The notes below the pieces were generated by a model, which was not told where the DNA came from, ran no database searches, and saw only the letters and a list, made by a program, of their open reading frames with translations. Positions 42,608-54,727 of a stretch of 64,000 nt of DNA are shown one piece after another. The stretch's first letter is position 1. The number at the start of each line of letters is the position of its first letter. The position numbers and the translations under genes were made by a program. The DNA lies in contig OZ251252.1 of assembly GCA_965240325.2 (NCBI GenBank), forward strand, positions 868,001-932,000, in the 5' to 3' direction. The DNA is from Rebecca billardiae RCC1528. Its lineage: Eukaryota > Protista > Haptophyta.

Positions 42608-44497
42608 ATGGGCGCATCGCGTGCCATGGTGGCAGGCACGTCCGCGCGCGCGGCGGCGCTCGCGCTGCTCGCGGCGTGCGCGGCGGTGTTGCCGCGCGCG
42701 GGCAGCGTGCCCATGCTCCCCGTCGAGGTCCCGCTCCAGCACCCGCCGCTCCGCCTGCCGCCCGGCGCGCCCGGCCCGCCGCTGGTCGCCGTGCTCCACC
42801 CGGGCACGTTCAAGACGGGCAGCTCGACGCTGCAGTCGGCGCTGATCGCGAAGCGGCACGCGATGGACACGGCGGGGATGGTGCACCGCGGCAATCACTC
42901 GCGCGCCGCCACCGACGGCCTCAGCGCCATCCTCGCCGGCGCGAACGCCACCGCGGACGACGGCCCGGCGGTCGTGCTGCCGCGCTTCAGGGGCTTCTGG
43001 CGCGGCGCGCTCAACCACGCCAACCTGGCGACGTACCTGCAGTACAAGGAGCCGGAGCAGACGTGGCTCGAGCTCACCGACTTCCTCTCCTCCGCCGCGC
43101 GCAACCGCTCGCACGTCCTCCTCTCCTCCGAGTTCCTCGTGCAGCCGGGCACGCCGAACGCGCCGCTCATCCGCGCGCTGCAGCCGACGTGGCGCGTGCA
43201 CGTCGTGCTCGTGTACCGCCGCTTCTTCGAGTGGCTCGTGTCGGTGCACTACCAGAAGTTCCACTTCCGGGAGAAGCTCTCGGAGCGCGCGGCCGACTTC
43301 CTCACGCTCGTCGAGTTCCTCGCGCCCGCGCACGTGCGCAAGGAGAGCGAGGGCGTGTGGACGGGCGCGGCGTACGACCGGTACCGCCGTTTCCCGGAAG
43401 TGTCCGTGTCCGTGCTCGACATGCACGAGACGACGGACGCGCCGGGGCGCGGGCGGCACAACGGCTCGCTCGTGCGCGCGTTCGTGTGCGACCACCTGCC
43501 CGGCCCGTGCGCCGCGCGCGCGTGCGACTGGCTCGCCAACTCCGAGTCCGGGCGCAAGGTGGCCAACATCCGCGCAAATGCGGGTAAAGCGGGTGAGCAC
43601 ATCCACTATGTGGAGCTGGCGTTTGGCGCCGCGCGGCACAACGGCACGGTGCGCCACGACATCGGCGAGAGGCGCTCGACGAGCCTGGTGTTCCACCTCA
43701 AGCGCACGCTCGTCAACGCCACGCTGCCCATCACCTGCATCAACGAAACTTCCAGAGACTTCCTGTGGGAGCTCTCGCGCGCGGAGGAGGCGCGGCTGCT
43801 GCCCGCCCGGCACGACGAGGCCGCGCTGCGCGCGCGCTTTGAGGCGTACGCCGCGCGCGGCAAGCTGTGCTCGGTGGACGTGGAGGCGGCGCTGCGCAAC
43901 GAGACGGTGCGCGCGGTCTTCCGCGACCTGATCCAGCACCAGCCGCGCAGCCGCAACGCCACCGAGGTGCGCGCGGCGCGCGAGGCGGCCGCGCGCGCGC
44001 GCGCCGCCGCCTGGCGCAACCGCACGGCGCAGCAGCCGGGGGGGGGCGCGCCGGGGGCGCACCGGCGGCGCTCGCGGCCGCGCGCCGCCGTGGCCAGCCG
44101 CACGAGCCGCGCCGCGATCGACGCGGCGCGCGTGCGCGCGCGCGCCGCGCTGCACAAGCGGTACACCGAGTTCGTCGACGAGGGCGCCGTGCCCGCCGGC
44201 GGCTTTGAGAACCGCTCCGAGCCGAGGCCGTACGCCTACGAGCCGGAGGCGCTGCAGGCGCAGTACTCCTCCGCCCTCCCGGACTTCGCCCTCCCGGACT
44301 CCGCCCTCCCGGACTCCGCCCTCCCGGGGAGCGGGGGGAGGGGCGGCGCGGCGGGCGCAGGTGAAGGGGAGGGCGAAGGCGGGGGCCTGACGCCGGGCAT
44401 GGGCGGCGGCGCGGGGCTCGTGCCCCCAGCCGTGCTGCCGCCCGCCGCCGATGCCGTGCTCGCGGCTCCACTCGGTGACGGCGGTGCCGGGCGGTGA
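42608..44497 (+). CDS. Secreted/Golgi P-loop sulfotransferase-like protein
   Basis: Signal/anchor, then VLHPGTFKTGSSTLQ (5'-PSB-like), VLLSSEFL and VVLVYRRFFEWLVSVHYQ (3'-PB-like). Confidence 0.78.
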   Translation: MGASRAMVAGTSARAAALALLAACAAVLPRAGSVPMLPVEVPLQHPPLRLPPGAPGPPLVAVLHPGTFKTGSSTLQSALIAKRHAMDTAGMVHRGNHSRAATDGLSAILAGANATADDGPAVVLPRFRGFWRGALNHANLATYLQYKEPEQTWLELTDFLSSAARNRSHVLLSSEFLVQPGTPNAPLIRALQPTWRVHVVLVYRRFFEWLVSVHYQKFHFREKLSERAADFLTLVEFLAPAHVRKESEGVWTGAAYDRYRRFPEVSVSVLDMHETTDAPGRGRHNGSLVRAFVCDHLPGPCAARACDWLANSESGRKVANIRANAGKAGEHIHYVELAFGAARHNGTVRHDIGERRSTSLVFHLKRTLVNATLPITCINETSRDFLWELSRAEEARLLPARHDEAALRARFEAYAARGKLCSVDVEAALRNETVRAVFRDLIQHQPRSRNATEVRAAREAAARARAAAWRNRTAQQPGGGAPGAHRRRSRPRAAVASRTSRAAIDAARVRARAALHKRYTEFVDEGAVPAGGFENRSEPRPYAYEPEALQAQYSSALPDFALPDSALPDSALPGSGGRGGAAGAGEGEGEGGGLTPGMGGGAGLVPPAVLPPAADAVLAAPLGDGGAGR

Positions 44498-45243
44498 CGA
44501 CGACGATGTGACGACCGCGTCGACCGCCCGGTCCTGCGCGGCTGCTCGGGCCGCCTGGCGCGCGTGCCGTTCGCTGGATAGGTGCAACGCGGTGCGGGCA
44601 CCGCGCTGCCACCGCCTGCCATCGCCGCAGCCTCTGCGTCTCCCGCACGGCCAGCAGCGGGCGCGGTCACATCAGTTACACCACTGGCACTAGTCACTAC
44701 GGCTACGCACGACGGTATCAGCAGCAGCACGGTCCGGACTACGTCGGACATCATCGTAGCCGCAGCCTAGTGACTACGCGCGATATGCATGACGACTCAC
44801 GATATGACGACGAGCACTCGGACCGCCGTCAAAAAGTCCATCGTGGCCCGGCGGCGCGACGTCGTCATTAGACTATTTACTGTGATGAAGTACGTCGCCA
44901 CTCGCAGATCATTATTCGCCGCAGCGCCTGCCAGCAGCAGCGCGCTGCCGGCACGCCCGCGGGGCGGCCCGGCGCGGCGATGGGGCGTCTGCACGAATGC
45001 AGCCACCATCTCGTCGAGCGTGCACGCCGACGGTTGCAGACGCGTCGCCGGCGGGCAGCGCGGCCAGCAGGCCACGCGCCACGCAGCGCCGCACGGCCCC
45101 AGAGTCGATCACACCCGCCGGCTGGCAGCCGCGCGCGCGCTCGGGGGCGCACGGCAGAGGCGCGGCGATGCGACGCGGCGGCGAGATGTGGCGGCGGCGT
45201 GCGCCGGTCGCCCGCATCGGGCGGGCTGGTGCGGCGGCCGTGC

Positions 45244-45453
45244 TCACCTGAAGCGCGCGGGCGACGTCCCCTGCGCCGAGTCGGCCGGCGGCTGCGGTCG
45301 GATGCCGATGCGCTCGGCGGCGGACTTGCCGTGGTGCGCGCCCTTGTCGGATGGCGGTGTCTGCTTGCCACGCCCGCCGCGCTTGTGCGCCTCGTCGAGC
45401 TCCGCTCGGTCGTCCGGCTTGAGCTCGATGCGCGTCGGCGGCCGCTTGAGCAT
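45244..45453 (-). CDS. CDC26: Anaphase-promoting complex subunit CDC26 (APC12)
   Basis: MLKRPPTRIELKPDD matches the conserved CDC26 N-terminus (MLRRKPTRLELKLDD). ERIGIRP resembles the DRIGYKP motif. 69 aa. Confidence 0.88.
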   Translation of the reverse strand: MLKRPPTRIELKPDDRAELDEAHKRGGRGKQTPPSDKGAHHGKSAAERIGIRPQPPADSAQGTSPARFR

Positions 45454-45655
45454 GGCGCACGCGCACTCCCCCCCCGCTATCCCGACGATGGCAGCGCACG
45501 TTGGCCGGGGGGCCGGCGCAATTTTCCGCGCGCTGCCGCGCTCCCTTTTTATTTGCTGAGCAGACGACGCGATTATTTCATTCGTCGACACAACCGCAGT
45601 AGTCCAGTACGTGCCGTGATGTGTCCGATGCGCCTGCCCCTCGGCCAGCCCCGCC

Positions 45656-46348
45656 TCAGCCATCGGGCCCGGAGCGCGTCTGCTCGCCAGCCCGCCCGTC
45701 ATCTCCCCCTGCGCGCCCCACGCCCTCCTCCTGCCCGCCACCGCCACCGTAAGTCCCGCCCGGCCGCAGCGCCGCCGGCCGGCTGTCAAACTCCTCCGCG
45801 GCGGCGATCCAGCTGGGCGCGCTCGCGGCGGGCACCCTGGAGGCGAGGAGGAACTCCGTCACGCCATCGAAGTGCACGCCGTGCCCCACCACGCAGCGCC
45901 AGCGCACGAACACCGCGCGCGCGTGCAGGCACGGCACGAGCGGGCGGACGTACTCGAAGCGCGCGCCGGGCGCCAGCCGCGCAAAGGCGTCGTAGTGCGC
46001 CTTGATGGCGCGCTGGCCGGAGATGGGCTGCGCGTCGGGGGCGCGGCCCGCGGCGTACAGCCGGGCCTCCGGCTCGAAGAGCGACGCGTCCACGCTCCCC
46101 GCGTTGAGCGAGTCGAAGAAGGCGTTGACGACCGCGCGCATGTCCGCCTCCGTGCGCTGCGCCTCGCGCGGCGCGACGCTCACGCTGATGGCCGCGACCG
46201 TCGCGGCGAGGGCCCAGGCGAGCACGCACGCGAACGCGCCGGCGAGCAGCTGCCGACCGTCCGGCGGCTTCACGCTGCGAAGCACCGGCCTGCTGCGCTG
46301 GGCTCGCTGGGCAGCCTTGGCCGGCGGGAGCACGGCCATTGTCGCCAT
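45656..46348 (-). CDS. SnoaL/NTF2-like domain protein with N-terminal transmembrane anchor
   Basis: TM segment LLAGAFACVLAWALAATVAAI, then MRAVVNAFFDSLNAG..SLFEPEA..ISGQRAIKAHY..VFVRW..FDGVTEF. Confidence 0.75.
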   Translation of the reverse strand: MATMAVLPPAKAAQRAQRSRPVLRSVKPPDGRQLLAGAFACVLAWALAATVAAISVSVAPREAQRTEADMRAVVNAFFDSLNAGSVDASLFEPEARLYAAGRAPDAQPISGQRAIKAHYDAFARLAPGARFEYVRPLVPCLHARAVFVRWRCVVGHGVHFDGVTEFLLASRVPAASAPSWIAAAEEFDSRPAALRPGGTYGGGGGQEEGVGRAGGDDGRAGEQTRSGPDG

Positions 46349-47651
46349 GGATGCATGACCTGTTGCTGCCCCTTGTTGCGTCCGGGCGGCGGCCGGCGGG
46401 GCGGCCGGCCCGGGCGGGCGGCCGCCAGTGGCAGTGGCAGCCTCACCCAACGCGCTTGGCTTTGGGGCATTGGGCGTTATTGGGTAGCTCGCTTCGCGGG
46501 CGAGATTTCGAGGGCAGAGGCCGTCTCGCATACCGCAGACCTCACCGGAAGACCCCCCGAACGGCCGCCTCGTGCACGCGCCGTGCCGCCGCTCGACCCG
46601 CCGTGGCCACACCAAGGGCCTAGCCACACTGGGCACGGATCAGGATGGGTGGGTGGCTGCAGAGTGCAGGGCGACGCCGCTTGCGGTCGACTGCACGAAC
46701 AGACAGTCTCGCATCATTCTCGCGCGTGAGGCGGTGGTCGGGGGCGCCAGAGACCACCTTGGCTGTGGCTCGAGCTTGCTGACTAGCACGGGCTCGACAG
46801 GCCCCTGCCGGCTGAGCCTCGTCCGAGGGCAGAGCCTGGCTGCCAGGCTGGCTTTCAACGGTGTGGTCCGAAAAAGCCGGACAGTGAGGTGCACGTCCGG
46901 GCGTCCGCCTCGACCATGGTTGTTGTTGCGCGATGCCGCGACAGATGGAAGACTGCGGTTGGCCCCTTGCCGTGACATGTAGACGCGCATGCTCGGTCAT
47001 CGGGTTGGCTGGGTGGGTTTGTGGGGCCCACGAGGCGGCGGCCATCGTAGTTCTTCAAAGCCGGGGGAGGGGTTTGATGCGCATCTCGAGCGAATCTGGA
47101 ATCTTCGCCAGCAGATTTTCGCCGGGTGCCCACACCTGGACGGGTGCTCGCGTCAGATTGCCGAAATACGAACCAAAAACCAGCCCATGCAACTTTTCAT
47201 GCAACTTTTCAATCGCACCGCATTCGTCGTATGTCGTTCCGAAACACCTACAAGGGTGCAGGGTTGCTCATTGGGGCGGGTGACTCGTCATCACCGAAGC
47301 CCGGGATGACCCCGATATGTGATTGCTATGGCGATATAATCATCTGCCATTTCGTGCATGGGCATCTACCCCCAACATACCCGACCAGGCTGAGGAGTCC
47401 AGAAGTCCAGAGCAGCACATCGCGAGAGTTTTCGGGCAATACTACCATGACTGGCTCGTCAATCCCGAAATCGGCCAACCGGCGCTAATGCCGCGGTGGT
47501 AATAGATGCGTTTAACCAGATGGGCCGGGAGAGAAACGAGGGAAGATGACGAATCGGCCTTCCCGCCTTGTTCCCGCACCGGCCGTAGTCTGGGAAGCGA
47601 GGTGCCCCGAGCTCGGAAAGGCATCCGGGCGTGCATCGCCGGCTGTTGATC

Positions 47652-48774
47652 ATGCCGCGCTCACGCTCGCACTCGCGCTCGCGCTCGCGCAAAGTGACGC
47701 CTGACATAGAGTCTGGCCTGCCGGCCGCGGAGCCCCCGGCCGACGAGCCACCCGCCTGCTTCATCTGCTTCGACACCGGGCCGGCCACAATCGTCGACGG
47801 CCGGCCGCGCGACATGCCGCGCACCGGCCTGTGTCAGTGCACCACGCTCGCTGTGCACCTCAAGTGCCTCGAGTCGTTCGTGAACACGTCGGAGGACGTG
47901 GGCACGTCGTTCCAGACGCGGCTCTGCTGCCGCGTGTGCAAGGCGCCCTACCGCGTCACGCACCACATCCGCCACAGCCCGGCCACGGTCGCGCTCAGCG
48001 CCGCCGCCGCCGACCACAGGACCTGCTCTGAGCGCGCGCTCGTCCTGTGCATCCGCGACCCGCATCGGGCGCACAGGGTGGCGTCGTGGATACGGGGTTC
48101 GTTCCTCGTGCTCAGCGTGCTCGCCGTCGTGCTCCTGATCCTCTCCGCCTACTTCTCGTGGGGGGGCGATGCCATTGGGTGCGCGCGCGCGCGTGCGCGC
48201 GCTGCCGCCGCCGCCCCCGGCGCGGCGCGACGCGCCGGCGGCCGGGAGGCGCCCGCCCCTGTCTGACCGGCGTGGGCACGCGCGCGCGCACCGCCGCGGC
48301 AGGTTTGGCACGTGGGGCATCCTCCTGCCGCTCGCGCTCGTGTGCGTGCCGCTCAGCGCGTGCGGGCCGGGCCCGCGCCAGCTCGAGCGCTGGTGGCGCG
48401 AGCGGCGCGCGCGGGCCGCGGCGGCCGCCTCTGCCGGTGGCACGATCCCAGTGGTTGGGCCGGCGCCCGAGACGGCGCGGATCGAGCTGCGCGAGCTGCC
48501 GTTCGCGCGGTTCGGCAGCCCGCGCAGGTCACGCACCGACGCGCCCGCGCGGCCGCACCGCCACCGCCGCCCCCGCAGCCGCACACCCTCGGGCTCGCGC
48601 TGGGACCGAGAGCTGCGGAGGCAAGCGGCCGCGCGCGGCACCGCGCTGCCGCCGACGGCGACCGCCGCCCCGCCGCCCGCGCCCGCCGCTGCCGCCGCAT
48701 CCGCCCACGGCAGCCCTTTGTCGGGGAGGTCGTCCGTGGGGCCCGCGCCGGCCACGGCGGTGCTCGAGGACTGA
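47652..48774 (+). CDS. RING-CH (RINGv/MARCH-like) membrane E3 ubiquitin ligase; exons 47652-48178, 48303-48774
   Basis: CFIC..CQC..VHLKCL..CRVCK (C4HC3), followed by two TM helices. The second helix is restored by intron 48179-48302. Confidence 0.85.
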
Positions 48775-49479
48775 CCCGCACCCGGCCGTCGTCAGATGAT
48801 CGGGAGTCGGGATCTGGTCCGACGTTCAGTCGGCTCGGATGCCGTCGTCGCGCCCGCCGCGGCCCGCGGCCGTCGCGTGCCGACGGCGGCTGTGTGCAGG
48901 GCGGGCGCCCGCCAAGCCAACAGCGTTCGTTAGCCCAGCGTAGTCGTAGTACTTATATTCACATATCAGTATATTAAGCAGACGGCGCGCCTCGTATCAT
49001 CAGTAGCGCATGCAGCAGGTATATTTAGTACTCCGTGTCCGTCACCGGCCCGCAGACGGCCCGACGGCGGAAGCGGACCAGTCCGCCGGCGCGACGGCGG
49101 CGCGCGGACTGGCTGGCCGACGTGATGCGCGCTGACGATATAGCATCGATCGTCATCATCAGCAGCGAGCAGCCTATCGTCGGTCGTGATGCCGGCTGCG
49201 CCTGCGCAGTGAGCCGCACGCGTTACGATGCCGATGTCACGATGTGCCACTTCGGCACTGCTCTGCTCCGTACTGCGCGCATATCACTGCGCTTATGTGA
49301 TCATCGCGTCGACTCCGCCTGAACGGCGGTGCGAGCGCGGCGCTGCTGGCGAGGCGTGCACTCACACTGCCCAGTTCCACGCGAGCAGTACCAGAGACTG
49401 CCGCCTGAGGCGGACGCAGCCTGTCCACGTAAGCGCAACCGCCCCGGGGCGCTCGGCAGAGGCGGCCGCGTACCGCAGC

Positions 49480-49842
49480 TCACGCCCACTGGCCTCCACG
49501 CGGCGCCGAGCCGGCGCTGCTCGGGGCGGCGCGGTACGACGGGTGTCTGCTCTCGCCGAGCGCGCGGCCAAGCTCGCCCATCAGCGCGCCCATCTCGGCG
49601 TCCGCGCGCCCCAGCAGCCCGCCGAGCCCGCCGTCCAGCAAGCCGCCGCGACGCTGGGCGTCGGCCTCCGCCGGCGCGGTGCGCTGCTCCTTGACGACGC
49701 GGCCGTCGGCGTACTGCCTCCACGTCGTGTACAGCGTCTCGCACCGCTGCTCGCCCGTCTGCGGGTCGGGCTCGCACCGCGTCGACGCCGACTCGGACAC
49801 GGCGACGGGCGCCTCCTCTTCCTCCCTGCTGCCGCGCTGCAT
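49480..49842 (-). CDS. Small hypothetical protein (120 aa)
   Basis: Protein-like composition (SESASTRCEPDPQTGEQRCETLYTTWRQYADGRVVKE). Head-to-head with the gene at 50036. Confidence 0.6.
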   Translation of the reverse strand: MQRGSREEEEAPVAVSESASTRCEPDPQTGEQRCETLYTTWRQYADGRVVKEQRTAPAEADAQRRGGLLDGGLGGLLGRADAEMGALMGELGRALGESRHPSYRAAPSSAGSAPRGGQWA

Positions 49843-50035
49843 GCTGCGTCTGGGCTGGGGCACTGCGCGGATGCGGCCAGCTGCCAGGCCTGGGGAGTCT
49901 GGACGGCGGGTGGACGTGAGAGCGCGCAGCCGCTCCGGCCCAGTCGAAGACGAGCCGCGCTCGTCATCAGCGCGGCGTCGGGTGGCGCGCGCACGAGGCG
50001 CGACCGGCGGAGGCGGCGCGGGCCGCGACGGGGCG

Positions 50036-50458
50036 ATGGCGGGCGAGCCAGCGCTCACGATGCTCATGCCGGCCAGCGTGGCCGTGAGCTGGGCCGCGCT
50101 GCTCGCCGACGGGCTGCGGCCGCGCGGCGCGCTGGTGGCGGCGATCTTCTACTGGGGCTGGGCGCTCAAGAACTGGGTGGCGGGGCCCTTGCGCGGCGAC
50201 GCGGGGCTGTTCACCTTCGCGGCGTACGCGTACGCCCGCCACGCCGCGTGGTCCGCCGGCTCGCTCACCGTGTGCGCCGCCATCGTCGCCGCCAACTACG
50301 GCGCGCCGGCGCTGCTGTTTGCCCCAGTGCCGACCGCCAAGCTCGCGCGCAAGCTGAAGAAGTCGGAGGCGTGGGTGCGCGTGTTCCGGGCGTACTGCGT
50401 GGCGGCGGCGTCGTACTGGGCCGCCGTCGCGCTCGGGCACCACCGCGAGTCGCACTGA
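50036..50458 (+). CDS. Small integral membrane protein (140 aa)
   Basis: Several hydrophobic, aromatic-rich helices (AAIFYWGWALKNW, LTVCAAIVAANY, AYCVAAASYWAAV). Confidence 0.7.
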   Translation: MAGEPALTMLMPASVAVSWAALLADGLRPRGALVAAIFYWGWALKNWVAGPLRGDAGLFTFAAYAYARHAAWSAGSLTVCAAIVAANYGAPALLFAPVPTAKLARKLKKSEAWVRVFRAYCVAAASYWAAVALGHHRESH

Positions 50459-51206
50459 CGACGCCGCCCGACGGCGCGCGCAGAGGCCCCCGCGCCACTG
50501 CCCACTCTCCCTGAGGCCCTCTGTCTGAGTGCGCGCGGGGCCGAGCTCCGCTGTCGCACTCGCTTCACGCGAGTGCAGTGCTGGGCCCGCCGAGGCCCGA
50601 CGGCGGCGCAGTCCGGGGGGAAGTACTAGACATGCGCGAGGCCGCCCGTGGCGAACGGGCCACGCCGCAGCCTACGTCTGATTGGCTCTGTCCCAGCGGC
50701 GGCAGCGTGCTGGCAACTAACTCAAGTCTCAACGACAACGTCGTTATGTACTGTGTACTAGTGATGTACAACGCGCGGGCCGAACGCCAACGGCTGCCGG
50801 GCGCCAAGTGCCGGTGACGAGACGTGCGAGCCAGAGCCGTCAGCTGTCCGAAGCAAGCGTCCAGCTGGACGCGTGTGCGAGAGTGGCATGTCCCCGCCGT
50901 GGGGGGCATGGCTGCCGATGAAGACGGGCGGACGCTGGCGCGGGCCCACATGCCGCTTATCCGTACCATACGGCTTACCGCGTTCGCAGTCTGCCCAGCA
51001 GATCTAGCCGGTTCGGCCAGCGGCGGCCACCCGTCGTCACTTCGGCGCCGCCCGAGCACCGGACTCAAAAATGTCCGTCGAGACTCGACGGAGGCGCCAG
51101 CCAGCGCGCGTCTCGGCGCGAGGCCGACGTCGCAGCAGCAGCGCCCGGGCCGCAGCTCACCACCCGCACACGGTAGCCGCACACGCGAGGGGCGCGCACC
51201 GCACCG

Positions 51207-53028
51207 ATGCCACGCAAGCGCGACGACGACTCGGACGACGAGGTGGAGCGGCGGCGCAAGAAGCGCACGCGCGAGGTGCGCGCGCCCTCGTGAGCCGCAG
51301 CCGCTGCTGCCGCCGCGCCGCGCGTGCCGCGCGCGCCGAGCCGCGCGCGAGCGCGCGCGCCGGCGGCGGGGGCGGGCGCGCGCGGCACAGCTCGCACCGC
51401 GGCCGCTGCGCGTGCGCGGCGCGCGCGTGCGCACGCGCGCGCGCGGCGCCGCGCGGCCGCCGCTCGCCGCCGGCGTGCGGCGCGCTTGGAGGCTGTCCGC
51501 ACGGCGGCCGCGGCCGCGGCGGCGGCGGCGGCGCGCGGCGCGCGGCGCGCGCGCGGCGAGTGTGGCGCGTGGGCTCGTGCCGCGCTGCCGCCCGCGCTCA
51601 CGCCCAGCCGCATCCGCCCATGCGCGTGCTCGCCCCCGCGCCGCTGCTCGTGCGCCATTGCTCCCGCCGCCGCCGCCGCGCCGCACCGCGCCGCCGCGCC
51701 GCGCCGCCGCGCCGCGCCCGCGCGCCGCCGCGCCACGCAGCGCCGTCGCGACGACTCGGGCGGCTCGGACGACGGCGGCAGCGGCGACGACGAGCGGCGG
51801 CGCTCGCGCAAGGCCCGCTCGCGCCGCCGCCGCGACGACGGCTCGGACGACGACTCGGACGACGGCGGCCGCGAGCGCCGTCGCTCGCGCCGCCGCGATC
51901 GCGACGACGGCGGCGGCGACCGGGGCCGCCGCCGCTCCGCCGACGCGGACTCGGACGCGGAGGGGCGCGAGCGGCGGCCCCCGCCGCCGGCGGGTGGCGG
52001 GGCTGGCGCGTACCGCGGGCGCTCGCCCTCGCCGCCGCCGCGCGACCGCGCGCCGCCGCCCCCGCCGCGCGACGGCGGTGGCTACGGCGGGCCGGCGCGC
52101 GGTGGCATGCACCCGGGGGGCGCGGCGCCGCTGCCGTCCGCGCCGCCGCCGCCGCCCGGCGGGTACGGTGGCGGCGGGCTGGGCGGTGGGGGCGGGTACG
52201 GCGGCGGCGGCGCGTACGGCGGCGGCGGCGGCTACGGCGGCCCGCCCGGCGGCGCGCCCGCGTACGGCGGCGGCGGTTACGGCGGTTACGGCGGCGGCGA
52301 CGGTTACGGCGGCGGTTACGGCGGCGGCGGGTATGGCAGCGGCGGCGGCGGCGGATACGGCGGCGGCGGCTACGGTAGCGGCGGCGGCGGCGGCGGTGGG
52401 CCGGAGGAGTGCCGCGACTTCAAGGTGCGCCCGCGCCGCGGCGCGCGCACGCGCGCGTGCGCGCGCCTGCCCGCTGCGCGGCCGCCCTCGGCCGTGCGCG
52501 CGCCCCAGCGGCCGCCGCGCGGCTCCGGCCCAGCCGCGCGCCGCCGCGCGCCGCGTGCCCCGCCCCGCCCGGGCTCACACGCACGAAGCCCGGCCCCGCG
52601 CCGCCGACCGCCTCGCCCGTCGCGGCGCAGATGGGCCGGTGCCAGCGCGGCAGCAGCTGTCGTTTCTCCCACGCCGGCGCGCCGCCCGGCGGCGGCGGCG
52701 GCGGCGGCGGGCCGCGTGCTCCGCTCGGTGGCGGCGGTGGCGGCGGCGGTGGCGGCGCGGCGGGCGAGCCCCCGCTGTGCTTCGACTATCAGCGCGGGCG
52801 CTGCCACCGCGGCGACCTCTGCCGCTTCCGCCACGTCGAGAACTCGGGTGCGCGCGTGCGCGCGTGCGGTGCGTGCGCGCTGCCGGCTGCGCGCTCGGCG
52901 GCGGGGCGGCGCGTGCGCGTGGGCGCGCGTGTGAGTGTGCCGCGCCGCCCTCGCGCAAGCTCACCGCCCCTCCGCCTCGCGCCCGGCGCGCGTGCGTGCG
53001 CTCCGATTGGCGTCGGCGCCGCCGAGTA

Positions 53029-53064
<36 letters not shown>

Positions 53065-53255
53065 TTTTTTGGTGACGATGACAGCGGCCGTGGGCGCGGC
53101 GGCGGCGGGCGCGGCGGCGGGCCGCCGGACGTGCCGTTGCCGCCGCCGCCGCCGCCGCAGCCCGCGGACGGCGACGGCGGCCTGCCGCCGCCGTCCGAGC
53201 TGCCGCCCAACCCCGCGCGCGAGGACGGCAGCGCCGACGGCGGCGGCGGCGCGCC

Positions 53256-53299
<44 letters not shown>

Positions 53300-53388
53300 A
53301 GGAGGGCGAGGGCGGCGCCGCCGGCTTTGCTCTGCTCGACGAGGATGAGGAGGAGCCCGCGGACGAGGACAACTTCCGCCGGCGCTGA
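51207..53388 (+). CDS. Glycine-rich CCCH zinc-finger RNA-binding protein; exons 51207-51275, 51741-52424, 52631-52847, 53030-53388
   Basis: RD/RS-rich N-terminus, GGGY low-complexity region, ECRDFK|MGRCQRGSSCRFSH and CFDYQRGRCHRGDLCRFRH (two C-x7-C-x5-C-x3-H fingers). Three GTGCGC..AG introns restore the frame. Confidence 0.85.
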
Positions 53389-54727
53389 GCTGGGTGGGTG
53401 GGAGTGGCGCTGTGGGCGCAAGGCGGGGGCGGGCGCCGCGTGCGAGAGCGAGCCGCCGGGCCGCCGGCACGCGGCGTGCCGCTCCGGACCCCGGGCTGCA
53501 GCCGGCTACGGCGCTGCAGCAAGTGGCTGCGCCGCCAACGGCTGCGCAGGCTTGCCCGCCCTGGCCGCACGCGGCCGGCTCGTCCGTTGGCGGCGCAGAC
53601 CGGGCCGCCGATCGATGCTTCGCCGGTCGGCCGCGCGCGCCGGTCGGTCGGTCACGGCCGGCGCCTCGCCCTCTGCCGCCTGGCCGCCGCGCTGGCAGCG
53701 GCATGCACTCACTACTCAGATGCAGAGTGCCGGCTTCGTCGGGGCTTGCCGCCCGCCAAGGCGCCAGCCCGGAGCCCCGCGCCGGGTCTGAGGCGCGCCC
53801 GGGCCGGGCCCGGCGGCGCGGCCGGCCATTTCCTGAGGGCGTGCTGCGGCTGACGAGACAGCTCCTGTCGCGTCCATCCGCGCGGCGCGCGCGTTCCGCG
53901 CGCGCGCTAGTTTATTCGTGCCACGCGCCGACGCCGCGGCCGGGGCGCCGCCCGGTCTAACAGTTTCGTAACGTCGTCATCATCATCAGCAGACATCATC
54001 ACATCGCACGCGGCGCCACGGCGGTATTGATGATCATGATGATAATTGAACTCGCTCGGCCGAGCGCGCGAGCCTATATATATATAAAATAAATATTAGT
54101 ATTATTATTATTATTGATGATAATTATTATATATATTATAATAATACTACTTATTAATATATTTTATATAATATATAGTTCCGGCGGGATCAGCAGACGT
54201 GAGACGATCGGTAACTCAGCTGTCTCCGATAGGCGATTAGCGATAGTGCTGGCTGTAGCCTGTTTGACTTTATTAATATTAATATAGTAGTCTGTACGTA
54301 CAATCCGTCAAATACGATGATACTGTACTGCTGCTGTCCGATATATCGGTCGTCGTCCTGCGAGTGGCCCAGTAGAGTCGTGTCGTATCGTTACTCGCAC
54401 GAGCGGCGCCGCAGGGCCTGGCAGGCCAGAACCGTCGGACCGTCCCGGCACGGCCACGCGCCCGCACCCGGGTGCCCGCGGGTCAGCGCGGACGGGCGGC
54501 CGCGGCGCCGCACAGTGCGCGTGGCTCGACAGAGCTGGCTGGCACGCCGCGGCGCGTGAGAAACTAGGCGCGGCCGGTGGCTCCGCGGGCTCGCTGAGCC
54601 TCGCGCGACCGGGAGGGGCGTGCGCAGAAGGAGCACCCGCGCGTGTAGTACGCCGCCGGGTGGCGGCGGCTCTGAGTGCGCTGAGTGCTGAGCGCTCTGA
54701 CGGTCTGCGAGAGGGCGGCGCGGCGGC

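Noticed and set aside
46400-47600. Lower-GC gap between the SnoaL-like and RING-CH genes as a mobile element
   Set aside because: No TIR, TSD or coding motif found by eye.
51071-52378. ORF from ATG 51071 as the start of the CCCH gene
   Set aside because: The frame gives R/A-rich nonsense. ATG 51207 with intron 51276-51740 gives a coherent RD-rich protein.
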